Shown: one piece after another, positions 13,401-27,010 of the stretch
How positions within the stretch are numbered: the first letter of the stretch is position 1
Layout: each line of letters begins with the position of its first letter
From: Squalus acanthias
Lineage: Eukaryota
Direction: 5' to 3'
Assembly: GCA_030390025.1 (NCBI GenBank)
Contig: CM059431.1
Location: 139,564,001-139,628,000 of the forward strand
DNA: 64,000 bases
Made by a program: the position numbers and the translations under genes
Notes under the pieces: generated by a model
What the model was told of the DNA's origin: nothing
Database searches by the model: none
Seen by the model: the letters and a program-made list of their open reading frames with translations, nothing else

Positions 13401-13800
13401 CAGAGTAAAGCTTCCTCTACACTATCCCATCAAACCCTCCATGGGTAGGTACAGCTCGGGTTAGATACAGAGTAAAGCTCCCTCTACACTGCCCATCATA
13501 TACTCTCAGGGCAGGTACAGCACGGGTTAGATACAGACTAAAACTCACTCTACACTGCCCATCATATACTCTCAGGACAGGTACGGTACGGGTTAGATAC
13601 TCTATTAATCTTCCTTTCTACTGTCCCATCAAATACTCCCTGGGCAGGTACGGCAGGGGTTAAATACAGTGTAAATCTCGCTATATTTTGGTTCCGCAAG
13701 AAGGTGCAACTCAGATCAGCATGTGGTCATTGCAGCGTAAAGCTCCTCTGACACTATCCAATGAAGCAAACTAACTCAGGTACGGCACGGTACGGTTACA
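13400..13800 (-). repeat. ~65-bp minisatellite (continuation)
   Basis: Same unit as 11325-11650. Confidence 0.88.
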
Positions 13801-14744
13801 CGATAAAATTCCAAGTGCATGTCATTGTCAAGCTCTCCCAGGTGAGGAATGGACAAGATTCACAGACGAATCAATCCCTAGTCAAATTATGGCATCAGAG
13901 GCCGAGCCTTACGGCAAATGTTGAACAGCTGCCAATACCGGGTTCGACTTTCACCTCGGCAAAATCTTTCAAAGACACATGTACATTCCGAGTTGTTCGA
14001 ATTTCTGGATCCCAGACAGCCACGTTTCATATTTGCCCCAACTACCTAACTCCAGAGCCGTTCTCTCTGTTCACAAACCTTTAGGCCACATCCCCAGTGC
14101 TCCCTGATCCCCACTGCTCTAACACCCTGAGATCCCCAATCATTTTCCCAGGATCCTAATACTAATGCTAAATCGAGAGACCTCAATGTACACAGAAATA
14201 CATCGATGTTACAACACGGAAAAAATCCATTCAGCCCAACCAGTCAATGTCTTTCTTTATCCGCTACACAAGCAAATAGCTCCAATCATATTGACCCGCC
14301 CTGTTACAAACTCTTTTGCGAATTTCAAGGTAATTGACAAAAGAACCAGACGCGACATGAGGAAACATTTTTTTGCACAGCGAGTTGTTGTTATCGGGAA
14401 TGCAATACCTGAAAGTGGAGTTGGGGCAGATTCAATTGTAAATTCCAAAAGAGAATTGGAAACGGCGATGACTGCTGCTGTAAAATCCGCCCCACGGGAT
14501 GTTTTGAAAAAAATGAGAGTTTATTCTGCACCGTTACAAGTTTAAATGTTCCTGCACAACTAATTTATAGGAGAGGGGAGTCTCTCACTTTATTTCCCAT
14601 TAATCTGAGTCTACAACTTGCTCGACCGTTTTTGCGGAGGTTACAGAAGTTCCCTCCCCGAGCGGGGCCTCACACACAGAGGGAGGATTATCGGAAATTC
14701 CAGGATTCATTTACTCCGTTTACCCATCAGCTTATGCCAAGTGG

Positions 14745-15065
14745 GGTTAGTCGTGGTTCATGTCGGCACCAGTGACTAAAGGTAAAAAAGTGAGGAGTTC
14801 TTTCTGAGGGAGTATGTGGAGTGAGGGGTTACATTAAAACCTGTCTTCAAGGGTGCGAATCTCGGGATTATTATCCGATTTTCACGTGCTAATTGCCATA
14901 GAGTCAAACAGACCAGAATGGTGAACACGTGGCTGGATGAGTGTTGTGGGAGGGAGGGGCTTCATTTCATGGGACAGTGCTGGGCGAAGGCTGTACCTGA
15001 ACAGGGCTGAAACCGAAGTCCTAGTGGAAAGGATAAATAGCGGGGCAAAAATTAACATTAAACTA
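14745..15065 (+). mobile_element. CR1 ORF1 esterase-like remnant
   Basis: Translates by eye to VVVHVGTSD ... ISGLL ... NTWLDECCGREGLHFMG, matching the SGNH-like ORF1 of CR1. Confidence 0.65.
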
Positions 15066-15237
15066 TTACAATGGGGTAGGGACAGGGCTCAGTCAAAAAC
15101 AACAGAAAAATGATAATTCAGCGATAAAAACGTATATGAGCAGAGTTCAAGTCACCACAGTGACACGCCAGGTGAAGGGAATACTAAAATAATTAAAGTA
15201 GTTACAGCAGAATTGACAAATAAAAATCCTGTTAAGT

Positions 15238-15872
15238 TATCATAGATTCATAACGGAACAGAAGGAGGCCATTCGGCCCGTTGAGTCCGTGCCTGCTCTC
15301 TGTAGATCAATGCAGTCAGTCCCGTTCCCCCGCTCTATCCCCGTAGCTCTGCAAGTTTATTTCCCTCAAATGCCTATCCAGTCTCCCCTTGAAAACAATC
15401 AGTGTCTCCGCTTCCACCACTTCCGTCAGCAGCGAATTCCAGGTCATCACCACTCGTGGCTGGTCCAGTTAAATTTCTGGTCAATGATGACCCCCAGGAT
15501 GTTGATGGTAGGGGATTCGGCGATGTTGATGCCGTTGAATATGGAGGGGCGGTGGTGAGTCTCTCGCAGGTTGGAGATGGACATTGCCTGGCACTTGTGT
15601 GGCGCGAATGTTACCTGCCACTTATCAGCTCAAGCCTCTATATCGTCCAGTTCTTGTTGCAGGCGGAAGTGAACTGCTTCATTATCTGAGGAGTTGTGAA
15701 TTTGCTGAACCCTGTGTAGTCAACAGCGAACATCCCCATTTCTGACCGTATGGTGGAGGGAAGGTCATTAATGAAGCAGCTGAAGATGATTGGGCCTACG
15801 ACACTGCCCTGAGGAACTCGTGCAGCGTTGTCCTGGGGCTTTGATGATTGATCTTCAACCACCACAACCAAC
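15238..15872 (-). mobile_element. CR1 3' end joined to a family-B LINE RT fragment
   Basis: CR1 3' UTR at 15238-15455. ORF 15638-15871 with VPQGSVVGP and FINDLP. Confidence 0.8.
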
Positions 15873-16014
15873 GGTTGTTAAACGGTGTAAGAAAGACAGC
15901 ATCAGGTCAAAAGTTCAGCTTAGGGTCTCTTTCCCAAATAAGAGTTTTAGATACTAAGGTACGGGGTATGAGAAATAAATTTAGTGAATTGGAGGCTCAA
16001 ATTTGTCAAATGGA

Positions 16015-19000
16015 TCCGTGATTGCTGATGATACAAAGCTAGGTGTGAAAGTAAGTTGTGAGGCAGGATGCAAAGATGATTCAAAGGGATACAGACAGGT
16101 TAAGTGATTGGTAAATAACATGGCAGATGGAACCTAACGTGGAGAAATGTGAAGTTATCCACTTTGGTAGGAAAAATAGAAAGACAGAATATTTTTAAGT
16201 GTTGGGAGATCGGGAAATGTTGGGATTCAGAGGGAACTGGGTGTCCTTTTACACTGCAAGTTAACATGCAAGTGCAGCAAGCAATTAGGAAATCAAATGA
16301 TATGTTAGCTTTAATGTTTTTAAAGATTGGAGTATAAGAGTGAATAAGTCGTACTGCAATTATATCAGTCCTTGGTGGCACCACACCTGGAGTACTGTGT
16401 GAAGTTTTGGTCTCCTTACCTAAGGAAAGTTATACTTGCATTAGTGTGAGTGCGACGAAGGTCCAACAGACTGATTGCTTGGGATGAGGGGATTGTCCTA
16501 TGAGGAGAAATTGAAGAGACTAGGCCCATATTCCCTAGAATTTAGAACAATGAGAGGTGATCTCATTGAAACATATACACTTATTACAGGGCTTGACAGG
16601 GTAGATGCTGCGAGAGTTTTCCACTGGCTGGGGAGTCTAGAACTATGGAACACAGTCTCAGAATAAGGGGTCGGCAATTTAGGACTGAGATGAGGAGGAA
16701 TTTCTTCACTCAGATGTTTGCGAATCTTTGGAATTCTCTGCACCAGAAGACGGTGGGTGCTCAGTCGTTGATTATATTCAAGACATAGATCAGTAGATTT
16801 TTGGATATTAACGGAATCAAGGGATATGAAGATAGTGCGGGAGGGTGGAGTTGAGGTTGAAGAACAACCAAAATCTTATTGAATGGCGAAGCATGCTCGT
16901 GGGCTAGTAGGCACTACTCCTGCTCCCATTGCTTATCTTTTTAAATACAGCTTTCAGGGCACTAATCGTAGTTATTACTGGGACATGCTGTAAACTGGTC
17001 ATGATTGGGAGATAAATATTCGAGGGTATCTATTCTGTAGAAAGGATAGGGAATCTGTAAGAGGATGAGTGGTAGCCTTAATAATTAAAGGTATATTACA
17101 GCATTAGTAAGAGAGTATACAGGTGAGGGTTAATATTCAGCTGAGACTCTGTGGTGGGAATTGAGGAATAAGCTTGTAATCAAAGCTTTAATGGGTGTTG
17201 TCTAAAGGCTTCCCGATAGCAGGAATGACGATATAGAATATGCTAATTCAGAGATTAGAGAGGATTATAGCAAAAGCATGGTTGTTTTATTTTGAGACTT
17301 TAACTTTCAGATAGAATGTGAAGAGCAGAGTAGTTCAAGTCGGAAATGTAGTGAATTTATTGAGTCCATTCAAGATAGTTTTCAGGAGCAATAAGTTGAA
17401 GAACCAACAGGACGGCAAGCCATAGTAGATTTAGTAGTGAATAATGAGCCAGTCTTGTTATTAATCTAACAGTAAGAGAACTATTATCTAACAGTGAGCA
17501 AAATATGATCGAATTCAATGCTAGTTTCTAAAATGAGAAAGTTAAAACAATTTTAAGATTCTACTGAAAGGTGTCAGAGAGAAACCAGGAATGTATAGAC
17601 CTTTTAGTCTTATGTTTGTTGTAGGGCAGTTTTTTGGAATCTATAATTAAAGACAGCGTGACTGAACACTTCGACAATATCGAGCTGATTAGAGAGAGCC
17701 AACATGGATTTGTAAATGGGTGGTCATGTCTAATGAAACTATTTGAATTGTTTTGTGGAGATAACTATGGTGGTAGTGAGGAAAACGTACATTGATATAG
17801 TTCATATGGAATCCCAGAATGCATTCGATAGGGTTCCACATAAGAGATTGTTCACTCAAATTAAAGTTCATGGAGTTGAAGGCAAATTATTGGCATGGTT
17901 AAGATACTGGTTAGGCGGTAGAATAGAGAGTAGGGCTAATGAGTATATACTCGCATTGGAAGGAAGTGACTATTGGTGTCCCACAAGGAGTTCATTTATT
18001 AATGCCTTCCATAACAAAATAGAAAGTCATATATCCTGGTTTGCCGATGAAACAAAGGTTGGTGGTACAGTAAGTAATGTAGATGGGAACATAATATTAC
18101 GAAGAGTTATTGATAGATTAAGTGAATGGCAAAACTGTGGCAGATGGACTTCAATACAGGTAAATGTGTGGATATACATCTTGGATCAAAGAAAGGATAG
18201 ATCTGAATATTTTGAATGGTGGAAAGATAGGAAGAGTGGAGGTCCTAACAGATTTAGGGGTCCATGTACACAGATTATTAAAATGTATTAGTCAGATACA
18301 AAATAATCTAAACGGCTCATGGAATATTAGCATTTATAACTAGAGGGCTATCAGGTAAAGGGTAGAATGTGTTGCTACAGCTATACAAAATCCTGCTTAG
18401 ACCACATCTGGAATACTGTTTACAGTTCTGGGAACCGCACCTCAGAAAGGATATATTGGCCTTGGAAGGATTACAGCGCAGATTCACTAGAATGTTACCA
18501 GGGTTCCAAGGGTTTAGACAATTAGGAGAGATTACATGAACTATTTATTTCACCCATTGATCTTCTATATTGAATTATAGAAGGGTAATAGGTGAAATAA
18601 TTTTTTAGCATTTTGAAGGGAATAATCCGGGACAAAATTAACAGTAACTTGGACAAGTATGGTATATTAAGGGAAGCCAGCACGGATTGTTAAAGGCAAA
18701 TCGTGTTTAACTAACTTGACTGCATTTTTTTGATGAGGCAAAAAGGCGTTTGATAAAGTGTCACGTACAAGGCTTGCCAGCAAAGTTGAGGCCCATGGAA
18801 TAAAAGAGACAGTGGCGGCATGGATACGAAATTGGCTAAGTGACAGGAAACAGAGAGTAGTGGTGAATGGTTGTTTTTCGGACTGGAGGAAGGTACACAG
18901 TGCCATTCCCCAGGGGTCGTGTCGCTACTACGACCAGTGTTTTCTTGAAATATATTAATGAATTAGACTTGGGTGTAAATGGCAATATTCCAAATTTTGC

Positions 19001-20320
19001 GGATGACACAAAACCTGGAAGTATAGTGTACAGTGAGGAGGACAGGGATAGTCTTCAAGAGGACTAAGATAGGCTGGTGAACTGGGCGGACACATGCCAG
19101 ATGAAGTTTAACGCAGAAAAGTGTGAAATTATATATTTTGGTAGGAGCAATGAGGAGAGGCAATAAGAACTAAAGAGTACAATTCTAAAGTGCTTGCAGG
19201 AACAGAGAGCCATGGGGATATATGTACAAAATTGAGAGGTCGCACAACACCAGGTTATAGTCCAACAGTTTTATTTGAAATAAACGCTGTGCGATATATG
19301 TACACACAGCGTTGAAGATGGCTGGCCAGGTTGAGAAAGCGGTTAAAAAAGTATACGGGATCCTGTGCTTTTTAAAATAGAGGTATAGAGTACAAAAGCA
19401 AGGAAGTTATGATGAAGGTTTGTAAAACACTGGTTCGGCTACAACTGGAGCATTGTGTCCAATTCTGGGCACCGCACTTTAGGAAGGAAGTGAAGGCTTT
19501 AGAGAGGGTTCAGAAAATATTTACAGGGATGGTTCCAGGGATGAAGGACTTCAGTTACGTGGATAGACTGGAGAAACAGGGGTTGTTTTCACTAGCGCAG
19601 AGAAGATTGAGAGCAGATTTCGTGCTCAAAATCATGAGAGGCCCAGACAGAGTAGATAGAGAGAAACTGTTCCCATTAGCGGAAGGGTCGAGGACCAGAG
19701 GACACAGATTTAAGGTGATTGGCAGAAGAACCAAAGGCGACTTGACGAAAAACTGTTTTACTCAGCGAGTGGGTATGATCTGCAATGCACTGCCTGAACG
19801 GGTGGTGGAGGCAGATTCAATCGTGGCTTTCAAAATGGAATTTGATAAGTACCTGAAGGGAAACTAATTGCAGGGCTACGAGGAATGGGCGGGGAGGTGG
19901 AACCAGCTGAAGTGCTCTTGCAGAGAGCCGGCACCGGCTGGTCGGGCCGAATTGCCTCCTACTGTGCCGTAACGATTAGATGATTCTATGACAGGGTGGA
20001 GAGAAATGTTATCCGCTGTCTGGCCAGTCTAGGACAGGGAACAGAACCATTAAATCAGAGCAAGGCCTTTCAGGAGAGGAGTTAGCAAATACTAATTCAC
20101 GAAAATGGTGGGGGAAGTTTGGAACTCCCTCCCACAAAAAGCAGTAGATGCTGGCGAAATTAATCATTTTAAATCCGAGATCGATAGGTTTTTGCTAGCC
20201 AAGGTTATTAAAGTATATGGAGTGAAGGCGGATAGATATAGTTAGGGTAACGATCATCCCTGATCTAATTGAATGGTGAAGCAGGCCCAAGGGGCAGATT
20301 GGTCTACTCCTGTTCCTATG
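16015..20320 (+). mobile_element. Cluster of several plus-strand CR1 fragments of different ages
   Basis: Repeated ADDTKL, AFDRVPH/AFDKVS and LEHCVQFWAPH motifs. 3' UTRs end near 16940, 19990 (TGATTCTATG tail) and 20320. Confidence 0.88.
19229..19292. mobile_element. 64-bp Penelope-terminal-repeat-derived insertion with 12-bp TSD
   Basis: AAATTGAGAGGTCGCACAACACCAGGTTATAGTCCAACAGTTTTATTTGAAAT is identical to part of the left arm at 38650-38747. Flanked by GATATATGTACA at 19217-19228 and 19293-19304. Confidence 0.88.
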
Positions 20321-20329
20321 GTTTTATGT

Positions 20330-20722
20330 TAAACACACACTCCCTCCAGCACTGGTGCACCGTTCCTGCAATGGGTCCTAACTACAAGATGAACTACAGC
20401 AACTCGCCAAGGCTTCTGGGACAGCAGCTCCGGAACCGGCAATCACTGCCACCGAGTAGGACCAGGACAGCAGACGCTTGGAAACGTCCAGCTTCCAATT
20501 CAAGTCACACACCATCCTGACTGGGACATATATCACCGTTCCATCATCGTCACTGGGTCCAAATCCTGGAAATCCCTACCTATCAACACTGAGGGAGCAC
20601 GTTTACCATATGGACTGCAGCGGTTTAAGATGACAGCTCACTGCACCTTCTAAAGGGTAACTAGCTTTGGGCAATAAATGCTGGCCTTGTCAGCGAAGCC
20701 CGTATCTGAAGAATTAATTAAA
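20330..20722 (+). mobile_element. Family-B LINE 3' end
   Basis: Same 3' region and tail as 6455-6900 (reverse) and 63450-63840. Confidence 0.8.
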
Positions 20723-21044
20723 AAATCGGTGCAAATTTTCCTATTTATACCCATGTTACTTCATTGAAAACAAGAGGTAGAAGTTCATTGATTTATTTTA
20801 GCAATCGCAAATTAGAAATTTGAGCTAATCCTTGGCTTGTCCTGATCCCTGTGGAGTTGATTATTTAACTAGAGAATAGTGGAACTCTGGGAAAGGCTGC
20901 CGTCTCGTGCGATGGACGCCTTCTCGCTGAATTAGGGAGAATAATCCCACATTATTCTCCCCAAGGTTTCCTGGGTTTCAATTTGGTTTTTCGCCTCTCA
21001 CAAGAGCTCACGTGGTTTTGGACAGGGTGGAGAAAGAATATATT

Positions 21045-21742
21045 GGGACTGAAATTGCGGTCGGAGACTTCCCGCGTGTAAAAGCCTCTGAAACACAAAT
21101 AAAATACGCACCTACCTGCTGCCTCGGGCCCTACGAACACTTGCGCTCCTGGGTCTCTATGCGTACGTCTTTATAAAGGTCCGCATATCCCAGGAGCGCA
21201 TGTGGTTCGCAAGTGTCGTTGGGATCATGTGGGCCGGTGCAACCAAACAAAAAATGGGGATTCCCATTATGCTTATGGGGATTCTATTTACATACGGAAT
21301 CTCCATAAACATAATAGAAATCACCCAAAATTAATTTTTCACAAAACTGAAATTAAAAAAATTACGTTTAAAATTAATAAAAATACATTTTTTATACAAA
21401 ATACAAATTTAATCAAAAATTTAATTTTTTGAAATTAAATTTAATAAAGGTTCCAAAAATAACCTATTCTAATTTTTAAGATTTTTTCTGTTTAAATAAT
21501 TAAAAAAATATCTACTTAAATCCTCATGCTGTTAAAAGAAGGGCTCACGCTCGCTTTTACCAGGCGTAAGTGTTTCACGGGCATTCGCTGGTCATTAGTT
21601 GGTTAAAAACCCCACTCTCCGCCACTGAATGTCCATTTCCCAGGGGTTCGTATGATCTGTCAAGCTGAAACTTGACATCGCCTGCAGAAACCCGGAATGT
21701 GCGGGGCGCGTCCTTGAACAGAGGCCCGGGAAAATCCGGGCC
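21045..21742. mobile_element. MITE related to 4531-5296, opposite orientation
   Basis: Ends GGGACTGAAATTGC ... GAAAATCCGGGCC. Internal 21180-21310 resembles the reverse complement of 5030-5160. AT-rich core. Confidence 0.6.
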
Positions 21743-21771
21743 AATGGGATACACCAGAATCCTCATTATTA

Positions 21772-22452
21772 TGAGAAGTTTCTGCTCAACTCAAACTGAT
21801 TAATTAGTTATACATTTTACTTTTTTGCTTCTTTTTCAATACTGCTGAAGGGAATGAATGTTTAAGGTGATGGATTGAAGTAAGATATTCTGGATACCGT
21901 CAAGCCTAGTGAAACAGCGCTGACATGGGCTGGGCCCTTGGTATAAGGCCTTGCAATGCTTGTTTCAGGGAGGCAGCAATCGAGAGATATGGTAAATTCC
22001 AATGGGGTGAAGAACTACAAAAAAGGTAACAAGACAGCAGGATAGGGTTGTGGAAAATTATTGGAAAAGGGAATGGCCAAGATGCTACCCTTAGTCTGAG
22101 TGACAATGGTATTTTAACCATTAGAACCAATTAAAGAAGGTGATTTTGTTAAAGACCATATATGAACAATGGCCAAACCAACTTTTGATAAGAAATGGGT
22201 TAAAAACTTGATACTCAAAGAATAAATGCACTCAGTTTTACTGCGAGAACAAAGGAACAGACTTAAGACGACGCCATCTGTGTCTGAGCGGCTCCAGAGA
22301 CAAAGGGCTGCGAGATACTCGTTAAAACTATCGCCTAATGTTAACTATATTACGCTGTAAGCTTAATAAATATTGATCTATTGCTCAAACATACTGACTG
22401 CTGCCTATTGGTGTCTCGTCCAAGAACTCTGAGAGATCAATGAGATCTTACA
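21772..22452 (+). mobile_element. Possible solo LTR
   Basis: AATAAA near 22365 and terminus GAGATCTTACA like the other LTR ends in the window, abutting a LINE fragment. No TSD found and the 5' end is uncertain. Confidence 0.35.
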
Positions 22453-22454
22453 CC

Positions 22455-23540
22455 CCCCATGATTTTGATGGTGGGGGAATCAGCGGTGGTAAAGCCGCTA
22501 AATGTCAAAGGGCTGTGGTAAGACTCTCTCTTGTTGAATATAGTCATTGCCTGGCACTTGTTGGCGCAAATGTTACTTGCTAGTTATCAGCCCAAAACTG
22601 AATGTTGTCCAGGTCTTGCTGAGTGCGGGCATGGATTGCTTCATTATCTGAGGAGTTGTAAATGGCGCTGAACACTATGCAATCATCAGCGAACATCCTC
22701 TTTTCTGACCTTATGAAGGAGGGAAGGTCAGTGATGAATCAGCTGAAGATGGTCGGGCCTAGGACACTGCCCTGAGGAACTCCTGCAGCGATCCCCAGTG
22801 CCTGAGATGATTGATCTCCAACAGCCACAACCAACTTCCTTTGTGCTTGGTACGACTCCAACCAATGGAGTGTTTACCCCTGATTCCCATTGACCTCTAT
22901 TTTACTCGACATCCTTGATGCCACACTCGGTCAAATGCTGCATTGATATCAAGTGCAGTCACTCTCACCTCACCTCTGGAATTCAGGTCCATTGTCTATG
23001 TTTGGATCAAGGCTGTACAGAGGTCTGGAGCCGAGTGATCCTGGCGGAACCCAAACTGGGCATCGGTGAGCAGGTTATTGGTGAGTAAGTGCCACTTGAT
23101 AGCACTATTGATGAGACCTTCCATCTCTTTGCTGATGATTGAGAGTAGACTGATAGGGCGGTGATTGGCCGGGTTGAATTTCTCCTGCTTTTTGTGGACA
23201 GGACATACCTGGGCAGTTTTCGATATTATCGGGTAGATGCCAGTGTTGTAGCTGTACAAGAACAGCTTGGCTAGAGGCGCGGCTAGTTCTGGAGCACAAG
23301 TCTTCAGCACAACAGCCGGGATGTTGTTGGGGCCCATAGCCTTTGCTCTATCCAGTGCGCTCAGCCATTTCTTGATATCACGTGCAGTGAATTGAATTGG
23401 CTGAAGACTGGTTTCTGTGATGGTGGGGAACTCAGGAGGAGGCCGAGTTAGATCATCCACTCGGCACTTCTGGCTGAAAATTGCAGCAAAAGCTTCAGCC
23501 TTGTCTTTTGCACTTGTCTTTTGGGCTCCGCCATCAATGA
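22455..23540 (-). mobile_element. Family-B LINE RT fragment
   Basis: KAMGPNNIP, NHRPISLLS, QFGFRQDHS in ORF 22996-23631. Confidence 0.88.
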
Positions 23541-23554
23541 AACAAAGAGTGACC

Positions 23555-23991
23555 GACACTTGGAGCGGACTCCCAGGTAGATCAGTGGAGGGAAACTCTG
23601 GAAACATTGTAGAAATGATTGATGCTGACACTTGGAGCGGACTCTCAGGTAAATCAGTGGAGGGGGAAATCTGGAAACATTGTAGAAATGATTGATACTG
23701 ACACTTGGAGCGGACTCCCAGGTAGATCAGTGGAGGGGAAACTCTGGAAACATTGAAGAAATGATTGATGCTGACACTTGGAGCGGACTCCCAGGTAGAT
23801 CAGTGGAGGGGAAACTCTGGAAACATTGAAGAAATGATTGATGCTGACACATGGAACGGACTCCCAGGTAGATCAGTGGAGGGGAAACTCTGGAAACATT
23901 GAAGAAATGATTGATGCTGACACTTGAAGCGGACTCCCAGGTAGATCAGTGGAGGGGGAACTCTGGACACATTGAAGAAATGATTGATGCT
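23555..23991. repeat. 72-73-bp minisatellite, 6 near-identical units
   Basis: Unit GACACTTGGAGCGGACTCCCAGGTAGATCAGTGGAGGGGAAACTCTGGAAACATTGAAGAAATGATTGATGCT starting at 23555, 23627, 23700, 23773, 23846 and 23919. Confidence 0.97.
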
Positions 23992-24604
23992 GCGAGTGAG
24001 GTCATGTTGGAATGAAGCCACAAGGTCTCGATCACCTGCGAGGTCCGGAACGGCGATTTCATTTTCCTCCGCTTACTGCCGGCGCTCGGCCATGACAGGG
24101 ACCGCCACTGGGCGGTGTGGGGTAAGGGTGGGCGGGGTATTGGGGGGAGGTGGTGTTGGCCTTGGCCGTGTGAATGAGCGGGACTGCAAAACTCGTCCTT
24201 TTAATTGAATACCAGGTTACCAATTGTTATACCCGACAAACCGCAGACTGCTGAACAACAGGGCACAGACAGAGCAGGCGCACAGCAGGGGGGTCATACT
24301 GGATAGACCCAGGCATTCTCTGGATTCAATGTCGCCATTAATTTCTGAATTCAATTTGCTGTCTCCTGTAAATATCTTTTGTTACCGTCGTTCAGCTCGT
24401 CTGTGTAAAAATAACACGACCCTCAGCACCAGTATTTCGGGCACTTCACACGGCGACTCTTCCCATTCTAAAGATTCCTTTTGATGGATGCTCTCGCTCA
24501 CCTGTCTTTAAGTTCTTTTTCCTGGCAGAGTGTCTCGTCTCTACTCCGCCCAGGTGGTGCTTCATTCGGACTGTACAGACAGTGTGAGAGCGATCGACAG
24601 ACAG

Positions 24605-25192
24605 GGTTTTTTTGTTACATCTTTGCTTTTGTTCCGCCAGACTCGATTATTCCAATATTCTCCTGGCCGTCCTCCCATCTTCCACCCTCTGTAAACTTCA
24701 GCTCTTACAAAACTCTGCTGCCCGTGTCCTAACTCGCACCAGGTCCGGTTCACCAACACCTCGCTGGCCTACATTGGCTCGCAGCCCAGCAACAACTCGA
24801 TTTAAATTTATTGTGTTGAATCCATCCATGGATCGCTTATCCCTATCTCTGTAACATTCTCCAGCCCAAAAATCTTCCCAGAACTCTGCATTCCTCAGAT
24901 TCTGCCACCTTGTGAACCCCGATGTCCTTCGCTTCAACATTGGCGGCCGTGTCTTCAGCCGTCTAGGCCTCAAGCTCTGGCAGTCCCTCCCTGTACCTCT
25001 CCACTGCTTCACTTCTCTCTCCGCATTGAAGACGCGGCTTCAAACCTACCTCTTTGACCAAGATTTTGGTCACTTGTCCTAACATCTCCATGTGTGCCTC
25101 GGTGTCAAATTGTTTGCGCTATCGCTCCTGTGAGGCACCGTGTGACGTTTCACTTCGTTAAAGTCGCTTTATGAATGCAAATTGTTGTTGCT
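24605..25192 (+). mobile_element. L2 LINE 3' end
   Basis: RLDYSNILL and LQLLQNSAARVL, then an L2-type tail ending AATGCAAATTGTTGTTG. Confidence 0.85.
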
Positions 25193-25527
25193 TTTGTGAA
25201 GCAGAGAGACAGAGCAATGGAGCGGTGGTGAGAGAGAGATACAAGGAGAGAGAGAGAAACAGACAGAGAGACAGAAATAGACTGAAATATAAAGAGAGAA
25301 GTTGGAGCAAAAGAGTGCACCTGTGTGCTTAAGAGAGAGACTTCCAATTCTTTGACTTTGATCCATCTGTCCTGTGACACATTAGGTCACTGGGTCCTGT
25401 GGAGTGGGATGCGGATGGCCCAGCGAAGGCCTGTTGATGTGTCGGACTCAGGAGGTTCAATATCAAACGATGTTCCTTCGTAAAATGATATTAGACTGAA
25501 TTCTGGGACCAGAAATCAATTTGGACC

Positions 25528-26505
25528 ACATAGAGTCATAGAGTCATAACGGCACAGAAGGAGTCTATTCGGCCCATCGAGTCCGTGACGGCTCTCTGTA
25601 GAGCAATCCAGCCAGTCCCATTCCCCCGCCCTATCCCCGTAGACTGCAAGTTTAATTCCCTGAAATGCCTATGCAGTATCCCCTTCAAAATTTTAAGTGT
25701 CTCGCTTCCACCACTCGCTGTGTAAAACAGATTTTCCTCACTTCCCCCCTATATCTCGTGCCCAATTCCTTAAATTTGTTTCCCCTAGCCCGTGTACCAT
25801 CAACTAGTGGGAACAGCCTTTCCCCGTCTTGCCTATCCAAACCCGTCATAATCTTGTACAACTCCATCAAATCACCCCTCCACCTCCTTTGCTCGAATGA
25901 AAACAAATCCAGCTTCTCCAACCTGTCCTTGTAGCTAAGATCCCCCAACCCCGGACCCATTCTGGTCAATCTACTCTGCACCCTCTCAAGGGTCTTCACA
26001 TCCTTCCTAAAGTGTGGTGACCAGAACTGGACGCAATACTCCAGTTGTGGCCTAACCAGCGCTTTATAAAGATTCAGCATAACTTCACTACTTTTATACT
26101 CACAACAACTATTTATGATGCCCACGATCCCATATGCTTTGCTAACCACTCTCTCTATATGTCCTTCCACCTTCAGGGAACTTTGCACATGAACTCTCAT
26201 GTCCCTCTGTCCCTATACACTCTTTAAAACATTGCCATTAATTGCATATTGCCTCTCCCTGTTCTTTCTGCCTAAATGCATCACCTGACACTTCTCTGTA
26301 TTAAATTCCATCTGCCACGTGTCTGCCCATTCTGCTAGCCTTTCTATGTCCTGTTGCAATCGATAGGTATCATCCTCACTGTTTGCCACAACCCCAAATT
26401 TGGTGTCTTCGGCAAATTTAGAATTTTTACTCTGTATTCCGATATCCAGGTCATTTATAGATATCAAAAAAGCAGTAACCCAGCAATGAACCTCGGGGAA
26501 CACCC
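25528..26505 (-). mobile_element. CR1 3' fragment
   Basis: ORFs 25685-26200 and 26213-26503 (KFAEDTK, LYKALVRPQLEYCVQFWSP). 3' tail near 25530. Confidence 0.92.
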
Positions 26506-26559
26506 AAGGAGTTCTTGATGCTTACACATTTAAGGATTTCTGTCCTGTATTCATACCAT

Positions 26560-27010
26560 GCTTTACGTGAGATGGTGTGCTTCGTTCGGTAGTGTCAGGG
26601 GAGCTGTACGCTTATTTGGACACATGCTGTATCTGAGTTCACTGTGCTTGATTAATGTCTGTACGTTGAGATTTATATTGTACCTAACCCCTGTTTACGT
26701 GTCCTGTGAGTTTTCGATGGGACAGTGTTGAAGGTGCTTTATTCTGTTTCTAACCCGTGTTGTACCTGCGCGGAGAATGGTGGATGGAACAGTGTCGAGG
26801 GAACTTTATTCTGTATCTGACCCGTGCTGTCCCTTACCTGGGAGTGTTTGATGGTACAGTGTAGATAGAGTTTTACACTGTATGTACCCATGCTGCACCT
26901 GACCTGGGAGTGTTTGATGGGACGGTGTGGAGGTAGTTTTACTCTGCATGTATCTCGTGCTGTAACTTAACTGCGAGTGTTTGATGGGAGAGTGTAGACG
27001 GAGCTTTAAA
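26560..27010 (+). repeat. ~65-bp minisatellite
   Basis: Units CTGTACCTG..CTGGGAGTGTTTGATGGGACAGTGTAGAGGGAGCTTTACTCTGTATCTAACCCGTG. Confidence 0.85.

Noticed and set aside
22996..23631. 211-aa ORF with a novel N-terminus
   Set aside because: The N-terminus is translated minisatellite fused by chance to LINE RT.
23555..23991. CRISPR array or tandem C/D snoRNAs
   Set aside because: Units are near-identical along their full length with no unique spacers. There is no proper RUGAUGA box or terminal stem, and the context is eukaryotic.
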